Under the pieces are notes generated by a model. It was not told the origin of the DNA. It saw only the letters and a program-made list of their open reading frames with translations, and searched no databases. This document shows, piece after piece, positions 1 to 10,507 of a stretch of DNA of 64,000 nucleotides. The DNA lies in the IMG/VR virus record IMGVR_UViG_3300042892_005961, positions 147,169 through 211,168 of that record, one strand, 5' to 3'. How positions within the stretch are numbered: position 1 is the stretch's first letter; each line of letters starts with the position of its first letter. Position numbers and translations under genes: made by a program.

Positions 1-1018
1 CACAAGCATTTACACCCGATGGTGTACAATGACTAATATAATCATCATATTTAAAAAATCTTTCAGGATCATTTGTAACATCTCCAAGTTCAGAATAATG
101 TATAATTGCAATACACCTTTGTTCTGACGGTAAAACTTCAACTAATTCATCGAATGAATTTTTAAATGTAGTTCCTGTTATAGTTGTTCCTACAAAATTT
201 GTAAATGTTTGTCCTGATTTTGTATATCCTAATAATTGTTTTGTTGAAACATATTGATTACTATTATAACCACTTAAACTTTCATCTAAATCATTTGTTG
301 GGTAATCTGCCCCGATTGGTTTGTCCGACCATACTGTATTTAATCTCCATGAATTAAGTTGTTGTGTATAATCAATTGGGTTAAATATGTCAGTTGTTGG
401 TGATTCGTCGAAATATTCATTTAATACTACTTGTACATTACCTGTTAGTCCTGTTAAATTAGGGAGTTTACGATCTAGTGTTAATGTATTATCTGTTTTT
501 GATACTACCTTATAGATCATACTATTTGTTTGTCCCGTAATTGTTGTACTTGAAAAACCATCTAAAACTACTGTTATAAAATCATTTGGTTTAAAATTCG
601 TACCATCCACCACAACGAGACTTGTTGTTCCACTTAGTTTACTATATGTTAATGGTTGTGGTGTTGTTTTTACTGTTGGTGCGGTTGAATACATAGATAC
701 AAATCCAGCACTACCCATTTCATTTCTTAAAGTTGTAGTTGAACTATTACTAATTGGTGTTCCGTATGTTGTTGAAGTTAAGACATCGCTACCTAAAGAA
801 TATGGATATTTTACCCCTGATTCGTTATCAAATGGGGAAAATACTTTTTGTTGTCCTGTTGTTCCTGTTAAACCACTAAAAATTGTATTATAATCATATT
901 CAGAATCTCCAATTTGAAAGAATTCAATATTGAAACTACCTTTGGCAATTGCCTTTCTACCCTCATTTGTTATTCGGGCTGTTAAATATTCTGCGTGATT
1001 ACTGTTTAAAAAACTCAT
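1..1018 (-). CDS. Probable virion structural protein, partial (runs off window start)
   Basis: Not in ORF track. ATG at 1018; my translation MSFLNSNHAEYLTARITNEGRKAIAKGSFNIEFFQIGDSEYDY... stays open to the window edge. TATTTATA lies 4 nt upstream. Confidence 0.8.
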   Translation of the reverse strand, partial: MSFLNSNHAEYLTARITNEGRKAIAKGSFNIEFFQIGDSEYDYNTIFSGLTGTTGQQKVFSPFDNESGVKYPYSLGSDVLTSTTYGTPISNSSTTTLRNEMGSAGFVSMYSTAPTVKTTPQPLTYSKLSGTTSLVVVDGTNFKPNDFITVVLDGFSSTTITGQTNSMIYKVVSKTDNTLTLDRKLPNLTGLTGNVQVVLNEYFDESPTTDIFNPIDYTQQLNSWRLNTVWSDKPIGADYPTNDLDESLSGYNSNQYVSTKQLLGYTKSGQTFTNFVGTTITGTTFKNSFDELVEVLPSEQRCIAIIHYSELGDVTNDPERFFKYDDYISHCTPSGVNAC

Positions 1019-1022
1019 ATGT

Positions 1023-1030
1023 TATAAATA
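1023..1030 (-). promoter_or_regulatory. TATTTATA upstream motif (candidate late promoter or leader element)
   Basis: Reads TATTTATA on the coding strand 4 nt before ATG 1018; the motif recurs before many structural genes. Confidence 0.6.
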
Positions 1031-1043
1031 TCTTTATTTTATT

Positions 1044-2354
1044 TTAATCACAAGGACAAGTTACGTTTGTAAATGATGAGAAGTATATTGCTGATGGATA
1101 GTTTGTTGCCATATAAGCACTATCTTTATTCGTGTCTATTCTTGAACAACATTCACTATTTATCGTCACAAAACTTAAATTACCCGCACTATAATCTACA
1201 TAATATATTGCTGTTAAATCACATCTCTCATACACATCATATGTTTGCGGTGTAGGAGTTGGTGGTAAAGGGGTTGAAGTTGGTGGTGCTCCTGAACAAG
1301 CTGTACAAGCTGTTTGTGCTGTTCCTGTTTGTGCCGAACCATCTCTCATAAATTCTCTTTCATCAGTACCATCAGAAACCCAAAATGTAGTGTTATTAGT
1401 CATATCACCATACACGCTACCATACATTGTGGAAGATAAACCTTTTACTTTTGTTAAATTACATAAAGACGTACCTACAACCGTAATATTAACATTACTA
1501 TATTCACCACCAGTACATGCTGTTGGTCCGTTAACTAAACTAACATAACCACTAAACGTAGTTTCAAATGGAGTTGGTTGTGGTGTTGCAGTTGCCGGTA
1601 AAGGAGTTGGTGTTGTAGGACAACTACAAGGCGTTGATCCATAAGATATATCCGTAATACTTGCACCAACTGCGAATAATGAACCATTTTGAATACAATC
1701 ATTTATTACTTGTGGTCCAATACCAAATGTTAAATCAATTGTCTCACCGCAACAATCAATATATCTAATATCACCTCCCGTATCAACCTCAAATTGTACA
1801 GATGTTACACAATTAGGTGTTGGGGTTGGGGTTACAGTTGCCGGTAATGGGGTTACAGTTGCCGGTAATGGTGTTACAGTTGCTGGTAATGGGGTTACTG
1901 TTGCCGGTAATGGGGTTACAGTTGCTGGTAATGGGGTTACTGTTGGTGTATTTGTGGGAGTTGCCGTTGGTACAACTGTTGGTGTGGGAGTTGGTGTGGG
2001 AGTTGGTGTGGGAGTTGGTGTAGTCGGCATTCTTATAGTTAAATTATTATAATCAACACATTCCACACATATAACAGAGTCATCATCTTTTCCATTAAAA
2101 TTTGATGGTATCACTCTAATTGTTTTTATTCCCTCGGGAACAACTACATATGTACCATTTAAACTTGATCTTGGAATATTGGAATATCCAACTAAAGGAA
2201 AATATTTTGACGAGTCAGATCCTGAAAGGGATCCTGTACATAAGGATCCAGAATTGTTGGTACAATCCTCTAAACTTCCCGTACAGGCATACAAATCAAC
2301 ATTTAATATTGATACTCCTAAAGTAAATCCTGTTAATCGTATTGTATATGACAT
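1044..2354 (-). CDS. Pro/Thr-repeat, Cys-rich modular protein (putative fibre or decoration)
   Basis: 436 aa; PTPTPT and (TVTPLPA)x5 linkers separate Cys-containing modules, two of which are shared with 10508..12640. Confidence 0.7.
   Translation of the reverse strand: MSYTIRLTGFTLGVSILNVDLYACTGSLEDCTNNSGSLCTGSLSGSDSSKYFPLVGYSNIPRSSLNGTYVVVPEGIKTIRVIPSNFNGKDDDSVICVECVDYNNLTIRMPTTPTPTPTPTPTPTPTVVPTATPTNTPTVTPLPATVTPLPATVTPLPATVTPLPATVTPLPATVTPTPTPNCVTSVQFEVDTGGDIRYIDCCGETIDLTFGIGPQVINDCIQNGSLFAVGASITDISYGSTPCSCPTTPTPLPATATPQPTPFETTFSGYVSLVNGPTACTGGEYSNVNITVVGTSLCNLTKVKGLSSTMYGSVYGDMTNNTTFWVSDGTDEREFMRDGSAQTGTAQTACTACSGAPPTSTPLPPTPTPQTYDVYERCDLTAIYYVDYSAGNLSFVTINSECCSRIDTNKDSAYMATNYPSAIYFSSFTNVTCPCD
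1318..1412. repeat. 95-nt exact duplicate, copy 1 (copy 2 at 10866..10960)
   Basis: Manual alignment shows identity from gctgttcctgtttgtgccg to catatcaccata. Confidence 0.9.
1829..1944. repeat. 21-nt tandem repeat, about 5 copies, encoding TVTPLPA
   Basis: ggggttacagttgccggtaat-like units visible directly. Confidence 0.9.
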
Positions 2355-2389
2355 ATTTCTATAAATAGTATTATATAGAATTTAAACAA

Positions 2390-2415
2390 AAAACCCCTTA
2401 AAATAAAGGGGTTTT
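2390..2415 (-). terminator. Intrinsic terminator (possibly bidirectional)
   Basis: AAAACCCCTT-6 nt-AAGGGGTTTT hairpin followed by a T-rich tract on the minus strand, downstream of 2438..3004. Confidence 0.8.
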
Positions 2416-2437
2416 AATATTGTTTTGTTTTTAAATT

Positions 2438-3004
2438 TTATGTTGAGCAAACATTAATGTCCGTTACAAATCCACTTGCTGAAATTTGTCCTGTATATGT
2501 TGCAAATCCACTGTCGGTTCTATAATAAGCGTGATATTCATCCTCTCCACCATAACCACTTGTTAAACCAGCATCAGTAAAGAATTGTTCTACATTGGCT
2601 GCATTATTTGTTGCGGCAAATACTTCAGTTAAGAGACTTTGAGGTTCTCCACCACCACCAGTAATAGCAGCACAAGCCTGTCCAATATTCGATTGTGTAA
2701 CTGATGGTCCTAATTGATATGAATATGATGTTACTACAGGTGTTGGACTCGGAGTAGGTGTTGGGGTTGCTGCTGCCGGTGTCGCCAGCCACGGGGTTGT
2801 AGTTGTACAAGTACCTGTACTTGCAATTGTTCCCCCTGTTATAGCATCATTAATACCGGTAATTGTATGACCTGCTGTTAATTGGGCTTTTGTAATACCA
2901 GAGGCTAATTCTGATACAACGTTAGCATTTGTTGTTCCTGAAATATTAAACGGACCCGCTGCAGTTCCTGAGGATTCCGATTTTAATGTAAATGTTACTG
3001 TCAT
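2438..3004 (-). CDS. Small two-domain PT-linked protein (putative virion decoration)
   Basis: 188 aa; C-terminal YQLGPS..AC..VEQFFTD..EYH module is homologous to the C-terminus of 3047..8098; TATTTATA upstream at 3021..3028. Confidence 0.7.
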   Translation of the reverse strand: MTVTFTLKSESSGTAAGPFNISGTTNANVVSELASGITKAQLTAGHTITGINDAITGGTIASTGTCTTTTPWLATPAAATPTPTPSPTPVVTSYSYQLGPSVTQSNIGQACAAITGGGGEPQSLLTEVFAATNNAANVEQFFTDAGLTSGYGGEDEYHAYYRTDSGFATYTGQISASGFVTDINVCST

Positions 3005-3046
3005 ATTATTTGTTTCTTTTTATAAATATCTGTTTATTTTGTTTTA

Positions 3047-6000
3047 TTAAGGTTGTTCAGCACAAACACTTTTGTCCGATACCTGACCAGTATATGAAAT
3101 TCTTCCTGAATATGGTGATCCTCCACTATTTAAAGCGAATGAGTGATATTCATTTTCACCGGTATATACGTTTACTAAATTAGGATCTGTAAAGAATTGT
3201 TCTACATTAAATGGTTGATCTGCCGCCGCATATGCTAGAATATAGAAATCCTGACCGTAATTTTGACAAGCCAAACTCGATGATGTATAAGATGGTCCTA
3301 ATTGATAAGCATACGATGTTGCAGGTACAGGTGTGTCTGTAGGTACCGGTGTTGCCGTTGGTGGGAATGGTGTTGGTGTTGGTGATTCTGTTGGTACGTT
3401 TGTTGGTACTGCTGTTGGTACGTTTGTTGGTACTGCTGTTGGTATTGCTGTTGGTACGTTTGTTGGTACGTTTGTTGGTACGTTTGTTGGTACGTTAGTT
3501 GGTACTGCTGTTGGTACGTTAGTTGGTACTGGTGTTGGTGTTGGTCCACAATATGTACAATCACTTGATATGTTACAAGTATTACCACATTCAACATCAG
3601 TTAATAAACCTGAATTAATAATTGGAGCTGTTCCACCTTGTAGACAATGCTGTCTACTTGTACCAGGTAATAAATTAATTGATTGTTCAGTTCCATTACA
3701 ATTTGTTATTGTATAGTTTCCTGTTGTTCCACCTTCATTATAAATTGTCCAACATATACAAGGTAATGGTGTCGAAGTTGGTATTGCTGTTGGTACGTTT
3801 GTAGGTACTGCTGTTGGTACGTTTGTTGGTACTGCTGTTGGTATTGCTGTTGGTACGTTTGTTGGTACGTTTGTTGGTACGTTAGTTGGTATGTTAGTTG
3901 GTATGTTAGTTGGTATATTGGTTGGTTCTGGTGTATTAGTTGGGACCGCCGTTGGTACGTTAGTTGGTATGTTGGTTGGTATGTTGGTTGGTATATTGGT
4001 TGGTACTGCTGTCGGTACTGCTGTTGGTACGTTAGTTGGTAATGGTGTTGGTGTGCTGTAGATAACATCAACATCAACATTAAAGTTACAATCTGGCGTT
4101 GGAGTTGGAGTTGGTGTTGTAGTGTTAGTAGGTGTTGGGGTTGGTGTATTTGTCGCTGGTAATGGCGTAGGAGTTGGTGTATTTGTTGCGGATTCCGGTA
4201 ATGGTGTTGGAGTATTTGTATTTGTTGGTGTAGGAGTTGGTGTACTATAGATAACATCAACATCAACATTAAAGTTACAATCTGGTGTTGGAGTTGCGGT
4301 ATTTGTTGGTGTTGGAGTTGGGGTATTTGTTGGTGTTGGAGTTGGGGTATTAGTTGCTAATTCTGGTGTATTTGTATTTGTTGGTGTTGGGGTTGGTGTT
4401 GGTGTACCATATATAATGTCCACATTTATTTCAAAATCACAATTTGGTGTAGAAGTTGGTGTACTAGTTGGTGTTGGAGTATTTGTATTTGTTGGTGTAG
4501 GAGTTGGTGTACTATATACAACTAAAACATCAACATTAAAGTTACAATCTGGTGTTGGTGTAGGTGTTGCAGTGTTAGTAGGTGTTGGAGTTGGGGTACT
4601 ATAAAATATTTCTACGTCAACAGCAAACTCACAATTTGGTGTGGCTGTTGGGGTTGGTGTTGGGGTTGGTGTACTAGTAACAACTAAAACATCAACTAAG
4701 AAATTACAATTTGGTGTAGGTGATGGAGTAGGTGTTGGTGTACTAGTAACAACTAAAACATCAACATTAAAATTACAATCTGGTGTTGGGGTTGGTGTTG
4801 GGGTTGGTGTACTAGTAACAACTAAAACATCAACATTAAAATTACAATCTGGTGTTGGGGTTGGTGTTGGTGTATTTGTTGCAGGTGATGCCGTTACTGT
4901 TGGTGTTGGGGTGGAAGGTAATGGTGTTGCAGTTGCTGGTAATGGTGTAGCTGTTGGTGTGGCTGTTGGTGTTGGTGTGTTTGTTGGAGTTGGTGTTGGT
5001 CCTGGCTCATATATCGCTAATCCTCCACTAAATCTACAATCTTTCACATCATTTTGACCAATTGATACATATCCATAATCTAAATAATTATTTACTGTAC
5101 AATCATTTGGACCGTATTTGTAAGATGTGAATTTAATTTTTTCACGTCCTTCATTATCTATGAAAAATTCATATGATATTATTTTTTGTTTTGTTGTTCC
5201 TGTAATCGATGAATTACCAATTTCGGTTCCGTATTGTGTGTTTTTACCTTCTCCATCTATAGTTGATCCAGAATAGGTGTTAATATATGTAATTGTATTT
5301 TGTATCGCCCTTTTCCACAGTATTTTTAATTGTTGGTCTATTTCACTATAAACCGAAAGGTTATTAGTTGTACCTCCACTATATAATTTAACACTAATAC
5401 CATTAGTTGTAACGGTATTATCGTTATTAAATGTTAATGTTGTTCCAGTTAATGAAGTTGCTCCACTGATTAAAACATATGTACATCCTGTAACATTTGT
5501 TGTTGTGTTTAATGCAGAAGCATTTTCAGGGTCAGTCATACCTGAATAAACTATACCGTCAATTTCAAATATTGGATAAAGTTTAACATAACCATCGTGT
5601 TTTGTTTCCCCATCTTCATCAATTTCAATAGAAAAACCAAGATCATCGTCAGCCTGTTGTATTAAATAATCAAAATAACTTGTAAATCCTGTTGGTATTT
5701 CTAAATCAAAATTAATGTGGTCTTCCGTTTCTGTAGGTTGACATCCATATCTATATTGATATTTTGATCTACCAAAAATATTATTTGAAATTAAATTACC
5801 TCCCGTCCATAAAGTTGTTGCAGGAATAATTTGATCGATAACACTTGTCCAATAAGGACTCATTTTTTCAATAAACAAATTAATGTCAGGAAATGTGTAT
5901 GCTTTGTTAGGTGAAAAATCTCTAGTAATATAATCTTGATAGATGTCCTCTAATGTAATATAATTCTTCTTATATTTTATTAAATTAGAATTTTTAATTT

Positions 6001-8098
6001 GTTGATGTATCATTAAATCGACATACTCAGCGAATGTTACTCCTGTTTGTGGTGTTAAACTATTTGTACCGAATGTTGTACCTGTTGGACCAAAGTCTCT
6101 AGATTTACGATATATGTCATAATCAACCGCTTGTGCTGATGATAAATAAACTTCAATATTTTTTCTATTTAATAATAAACCAGAATTATCATTAAGATTT
6201 TCTGTTTGATTATTATCAATAATATTTTTTAATTTATATCCTGAGTCTAATCCTGGCAATTTTCTATAAACGTCAAAATAATCTTCACCATAGGTATATG
6301 CACTATTTTTAGTAACAATATTTTTAGTTCTTCCTGTTACCGTTGAATTATCGATATCAATCACTAATGGTGATTTATGATCTGTAGTATTATCATACCA
6401 ACCAGATCCTTTTTGGAAAAAATATTCTGTTGATCCCGTAATTCCTTTAGGTAATAACGTATCTCCATTAACGGGATAATTTTCAGAATTAAATGTTGTT
6501 GTACCTGTAGTTATACCAGTATAATATCTATATGGAAGATATGTTACACCATTAATAGTTCCACCTGTTGGTAAGAATATTCCTGTTTTGTAAGTTTTAG
6601 TTCCCGATATAACATCATAAATGTCACCTTTTAAATCAAATGATTTAGGTAAAGATATTACCTTGTAAACATATTGATTAATTTTAATCATTGGTTCAGG
6701 AGCACCTAAAAATCTTAAAAAAAATTCTAAAGATTGTCTTGTACCTTTTGATTTATAAATGTAAGCCAAGTTAACTAACAACCTTCGATAAAATTCATAT
6801 TCGGCGTCTATTAAAGACGTTCCCGATACTAATCCAGAATATTGTTGTGATGTCTTAGTGTATAATAATTCATCTAAACCTTTCTCATCAATTAAGTTAA
6901 TTGTATCTAACCCTAAAGTATTTGCCAAGTTTTTTAACAATACATCGGGTACGTTATTAATACCGTCATAACTTACATTTCTCATGTAAGCAATATTATC
7001 AATATATTTTTTTACACTATCAAAACTTTGTCCATATAATTGAAATAATGATTCGGCCTTTTTATCGGGACTATCAAATTCAAACAATTGAGGTGATGTT
7101 AAAAACCTAACAAATAAGTTAGACTTATAATCATCAATTTCATCTGCTATATTACTTAAATTTGTTAAATAACTATCATATTCTAAACCTGTAATTTTAA
7201 TGTTCCAATCTTCCTTATCGGATAACGGCCAACTATAATTTACTGAAATTAATTCGGTTTTTGTTTCGTCAAAACTATCTCTTGGTACCTTAAAACTTGA
7301 AGTATATTTTGGAAAAGTGTCTCTGTTTAATAAACTTTCCTCTAAATCATCTAAACCTTTAAAGAACTCTTCAACAACACCATCATTTGGTTTAATTAAT
7401 ATATTTTCAGAAAACCCCGTTAAGTTATCAAATGGTTTACCACTTACCTTTAATGAAATTATATTATCACTATTAGGTTCAATATATGAAATTACATCAT
7501 ATGTTTTTCCACTTATTGAAATTAAATAGTTTTTAAAAGAAGTATAAAAATCTCTGTTTTTATTAATTGAAGGTAATATGGTATTACTTTTCGGTGTAAC
7601 CATAACAATCGAAAATGGATTGTATAGTTTACTGTACTCAACTTTAAATTGAGTGGTGTTACTTATATTATCATATGTAATATTATTAGCGGTAAAATTC
7701 GTTACTTTAATTAAACTATTAGAATCAATTAAAATAGCCGCAGGAAAATTATTAATTATATTAGTTGTCGCAACACCTAGTCTACTTTTTAATGATCCAA
7801 ATAAAGATTTAGCAGCATCATTTTTAGAACCTTTAAATTTTATTTCTTTATTTTTACTTGTAGTACCACTCGTAGTTGTACTTGAAGTTTGTCCTTTTAA
7901 ATCATCTAATGTTAAAAAATTAGAAAACGGATTTGTTTTAAAATTCTTTGTATCTCTTTGTATTACCTCACTATCTAACGCAAAGTTCGTATTAGTCAAT
8001 TGACCGGTACCCGTGGTAATTTGATTACCGACTAGATTGTCACTGAATGTATCGGCACCACTCGCAGCTTGACTTGGAATTTTACGTAATTTTGCCAT
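3047..8098 (-). CDS. Large baseplate-wedge-like protein (T4 gp7/P2 gpI-like motif) with long Pro/Thr repeat C-terminal extension
   Basis: 1683 aa; [20 protein letters not shown] resembles the YKxKGT motif of gp7/gpI-type wedge proteins; about the last 640 aa are PT repeats plus Cys modules. Confidence 0.6.
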   Translation of the reverse strand: MAKLRKIPSQAASGADTFSDNLVGNQITTGTGQLTNTNFALDSEVIQRDTKNFKTNPFSNFLTLDDLKGQTSSTTTSGTTSKNKEIKFKGSKNDAAKSLFGSLKSRLGVATTNIINNFPAAILIDSNSLIKVTNFTANNITYDNISNTTQFKVEYSKLYNPFSIVMVTPKSNTILPSINKNRDFYTSFKNYLISISGKTYDVISYIEPNSDNIISLKVSGKPFDNLTGFSENILIKPNDGVVEEFFKGLDDLEESLLNRDTFPKYTSSFKVPRDSFDETKTELISVNYSWPLSDKEDWNIKITGLEYDSYLTNLSNIADEIDDYKSNLFVRFLTSPQLFEFDSPDKKAESLFQLYGQSFDSVKKYIDNIAYMRNVSYDGINNVPDVLLKNLANTLGLDTINLIDEKGLDELLYTKTSQQYSGLVSGTSLIDAEYEFYRRLLVNLAYIYKSKGTRQSLEFFLRFLGAPEPMIKINQYVYKVISLPKSFDLKGDIYDVISGTKTYKTGIFLPTGGTINGVTYLPYRYYTGITTGTTTFNSENYPVNGDTLLPKGITGSTEYFFQKGSGWYDNTTDHKSPLVIDIDNSTVTGRTKNIVTKNSAYTYGEDYFDVYRKLPGLDSGYKLKNIIDNNQTENLNDNSGLLLNRKNIEVYLSSAQAVDYDIYRKSRDFGPTGTTFGTNSLTPQTGVTFAEYVDLMIHQQIKNSNLIKYKKNYITLEDIYQDYITRDFSPNKAYTFPDINLFIEKMSPYWTSVIDQIIPATTLWTGGNLISNNIFGRSKYQYRYGCQPTETEDHINFDLEIPTGFTSYFDYLIQQADDDLGFSIEIDEDGETKHDGYVKLYPIFEIDGIVYSGMTDPENASALNTTTNVTGCTYVLISGATSLTGTTLTFNNDNTVTTNGISVKLYSGGTTNNLSVYSEIDQQLKILWKRAIQNTITYINTYSGSTIDGEGKNTQYGTEIGNSSITGTTKQKIISYEFFIDNEGREKIKFTSYKYGPNDCTVNNYLDYGYVSIGQNDVKDCRFSGGLAIYEPGPTPTPTNTPTPTATPTATPLPATATPLPSTPTPTVTASPATNTPTPTPTPDCNFNVDVLVVTSTPTPTPTPTPDCNFNVDVLVVTSTPTPTPSPTPNCNFLVDVLVVTSTPTPTPTPTATPNCEFAVDVEIFYSTPTPTPTNTATPTPTPDCNFNVDVLVVYSTPTPTPTNTNTPTPTSTPTSTPNCDFEINVDIIYGTPTPTPTPTNTNTPELATNTPTPTPTNTPTPTPTNTATPTPDCNFNVDVDVIYSTPTPTPTNTNTPTPLPESATNTPTPTPLPATNTPTPTPTNTTTPTPTPTPDCNFNVDVDVIYSTPTPLPTNVPTAVPTAVPTNIPTNIPTNIPTNVPTAVPTNTPEPTNIPTNIPTNIPTNVPTNVPTNVPTAIPTAVPTNVPTAVPTNVPTAIPTSTPLPCICWTIYNEGGTTGNYTITNCNGTEQSINLLPGTSRQHCLQGGTAPIINSGLLTDVECGNTCNISSDCTYCGPTPTPVPTNVPTAVPTNVPTNVPTNVPTNVPTAIPTAVPTNVPTAVPTNVPTESPTPTPFPPTATPVPTDTPVPATSYAYQLGPSYTSSSLACQNYGQDFYILAYAAADQPFNVEQFFTDPNLVNVYTGENEYHSFALNSGGSPYSGRISYTGQVSDKSVCAEQP
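3389..4040. repeat. Two blocks of 12-nt tandem repeats encoding PTN(V/I)/PTA(V/I) (about 3389..3530 and 3779..4040)
   Basis: gttggtacgttt / gttggtactgct / gttggtatgtta units read directly. Confidence 0.9.
4055..4853 (-). repeat. Eight dispersed copies of (D/N)C(N/E/D)FxVDVxVx(T/Y)S peptide separated by PT linkers
   Basis: Counted in the translation of 3047..8098; DNA unit acatcaacattaaa(a/g)ttacaatctgg recurs. Confidence 0.9.
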
Positions 8099-9009
8099 TA
8101 GATATTAGTGATTGTATCAAAGTTTAAATTTTCATCAATATCATTACGGTTTTCTCTAACCTCATATAGAGTTTCGTTAAAGTTGTCTTTAATTTCAAAT
8201 AAGTTATATTGTTTATAGATGTTATTATCTTTATCGTAAATTGTGTAAATACCTGGAGTAACCGCCTTAGTTTGATTACCGTAAAGAGCATTTGCAAGTG
8301 TTGACGCATCATGTTCAACCATATCAATTTCGATAGTTGTTGGGTTCATATATGTATTTGATAAAATAACCATTTGACCTGGACTACCAATAAATGGAAC
8401 GGTATTTGGTTTGTTTGACGGTGCAGACGATGGTGTAATTGTTAAAAACATAAAGTTTGTTGCACCTTCACTATATTGATATCTTACTGACTTTTGTGTT
8501 GAACTATTTAGATTCGCCGTAACAGGAGTACAATAAAAAGAAGACGTAACAATTTTATAGAAATTTGGTGTTTTTTGTTTGTTATTAGAATTTATATATT
8601 CAATCCTATAACCAACTAAACCTTGTGGTGTAAATTTATTTCTATCTTCAGACTTAACATTTGATAAATCCAAGATTAGTCCTCTTACTGATGGTAATGA
8701 TGCTAAAACACCACAATCCATAATTGTTGTTCTAATTTGTTTTGGTCTGATATGAAGTGTGTATATTCCTAAATCAGGAAAATCTGTTGCATTTAATTTA
8801 AGATTATATAAACCTCCTAAGATTTCCACACCACTTTCTCCACCGGTATTTCCATTATGTAAAATAGGTGTTAATACCTGATTTGGGGTTAATTTCTTTA
8901 ATACTGTTGGAGTTGTTGAGATCCGATTGGGTGCATAATGATAAAGTATTTCTACATCATCGGGTGATACATCCGCCGGTCTAACTATTCCATATGATCC
9001 TACTGCCAT
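8098..9009 (-). CDS. Hypothetical structural protein (baseplate cluster)
   Basis: 303 aa; stop overlaps the next start; TATTTATA at 9020..9027. Confidence 0.6.
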   Translation of the reverse strand: MAVGSYGIVRPADVSPDDVEILYHYAPNRISTTPTVLKKLTPNQVLTPILHNGNTGGESGVEILGGLYNLKLNATDFPDLGIYTLHIRPKQIRTTIMDCGVLASLPSVRGLILDLSNVKSEDRNKFTPQGLVGYRIEYINSNNKQKTPNFYKIVTSSFYCTPVTANLNSSTQKSVRYQYSEGATNFMFLTITPSSAPSNKPNTVPFIGSPGQMVILSNTYMNPTTIEIDMVEHDASTLANALYGNQTKAVTPGIYTIYDKDNNIYKQYNLFEIKDNFNETLYEVRENRNDIDENLNFDTITNI

Positions 9010-9033
9010 ATTCTTTTATTATAAATATAAATC

Positions 9034-10506
9034 TTATTGTTTTTTAACTTTAAAAAATCCATTTCCATAAACATCTAACTCACTCATGTTGTCAATTTCA
9101 CCCAATCTTAGATTAACCTCCATGACACCTTGACGTCCTCTTTCCACAAAAATGTCAGAATATACTGTTGGGTCATCGATAAAACCTAAGAAATGTTCGT
9201 TTCTTGTTAACATATGATTTATAACATACTCGGTAGCAAATTCTGTTGTATTACCACTTGTTGTTAAATATGGTACAGTATTTATTGTGTTTCCCGATAT
9301 TTCATATGTATAACCACTAGTTGGTCCAAACCTATAATTTGGAACACTTCCCGTTATTTGTGTAAATCCATCTTCTCTATCCATATAATATAAATCATCT
9401 ACCGTATATCCTGTATACTTTGTTCCATCAGATAATGATCCTGAATCAACACCATAAGGTGTGGTTTCACCATATCTCTTAAATTCACCAATTCTGCTTT
9501 GACCTATTGCCATAAATTTAAATGTCTTTGTGGGTGTTGCAGTATATCCTGTGTTAGAATATTCATAATCATTTAAATAATTTAAAGATCCTGTTATTTG
9601 TGTATATGGTATTGTAAACCCGCTAAATGTCCCTAATACATTAACATTATCAGTAATAGAACCTGTATTAAAAATGGTTATGTTTTTAGTTATTTTTTGA
9701 TTTGACCATGGAGAGTTTAAAAAAATTGATATATCAAAACTACTTATATTTGATCCCGAATATGTTTCTTTATATGAACCTGTATATGACGATGTATATG
9801 GTGTATAATTAAATGACGCGGTTGGAAAATTTGAATATAAAACTCCTCCATTTGAATCTAATGAACCTGTAATTGATAGTGATCCTGTTATATTTTGTTT
9901 AACTCCCCAATCTATTGTAAAATCTTGATCAACAATTTTTCTTAATTTATCAGGATTTACAGTACTATAAATCGTAACATGTGATCCTGATATTCTATAT
10001 GTAAAATTAACTAATTGTTCTACTTGTTCCATATTTCCATCGAATGAAACCATAACACCCATTTCATCCACATCCGATTCTAAATAAATTGGTATCTCAT
10101 ATTCATAACCCGTAAATCCCGTGTATAAATTCCAATTATCTCCATCCCATTTATAATATTTCCCCTTTGTATTGTTAATTGCAACTTGTTCAACCTCTTT
10201 CCAATATACACTACCAGATGGTATGTTATTTAAATTACTACCTGTTAATGATTGATACGTTTTACCACTATAAAATAAAACAACGCTTCCTGTGTATGTA
10301 ATATCAGGATACCATTTTATGTCACGTACCAAATGTAAACTACCTGTCTCATTTGAAGACGGTACCATACCATCTATTGGGACTGACGCACTATACCAAG
10401 ATTTCCAATCGTTTATTTCTGTATCAAACCAAAAAGTACCAGTTTCTGAATGTAAATTAACATCAGGTATCTGTCTTTTTAATATTGTATATTCGTTTTT
10501 TTTCAT
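9034..10506 (-). CDS. Structural protein with one CBM5/12-like module
   Basis: 490 aa; WYPDITYTGSVVLFYSGKTYQSL...P..YW motif; very rich in TGS/SGxT. Confidence 0.55.
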   Translation of the reverse strand: MKKNEYTILKRQIPDVNLHSETGTFWFDTEINDWKSWYSASVPIDGMVPSSNETGSLHLVRDIKWYPDITYTGSVVLFYSGKTYQSLTGSNLNNIPSGSVYWKEVEQVAINNTKGKYYKWDGDNWNLYTGFTGYEYEIPIYLESDVDEMGVMVSFDGNMEQVEQLVNFTYRISGSHVTIYSTVNPDKLRKIVDQDFTIDWGVKQNITGSLSITGSLDSNGGVLYSNFPTASFNYTPYTSSYTGSYKETYSGSNISSFDISIFLNSPWSNQKITKNITIFNTGSITDNVNVLGTFSGFTIPYTQITGSLNYLNDYEYSNTGYTATPTKTFKFMAIGQSRIGEFKRYGETTPYGVDSGSLSDGTKYTGYTVDDLYYMDREDGFTQITGSVPNYRFGPTSGYTYEISGNTINTVPYLTTSGNTTEFATEYVINHMLTRNEHFLGFIDDPTVYSDIFVERGRQGVMEVNLRLGEIDNMSELDVYGNGFFKVKKQ

Positions 10507-10507
10507 T

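Noticed and set aside
1817-5057. Alternative-frame and antisense ORFs over repeats (e.g. 1817..2023, 3298..3597, 3333..3716, 3706..4269, 4416..4604, 4641..5057)
   Set aside because: They are shadows of PT-repeat codons (GV/VG or Q-rich), nested in much longer, motif-bearing ORFs. The same applies to 11116..11310, 59722..60147, 60869..61126 and 62197..62475.
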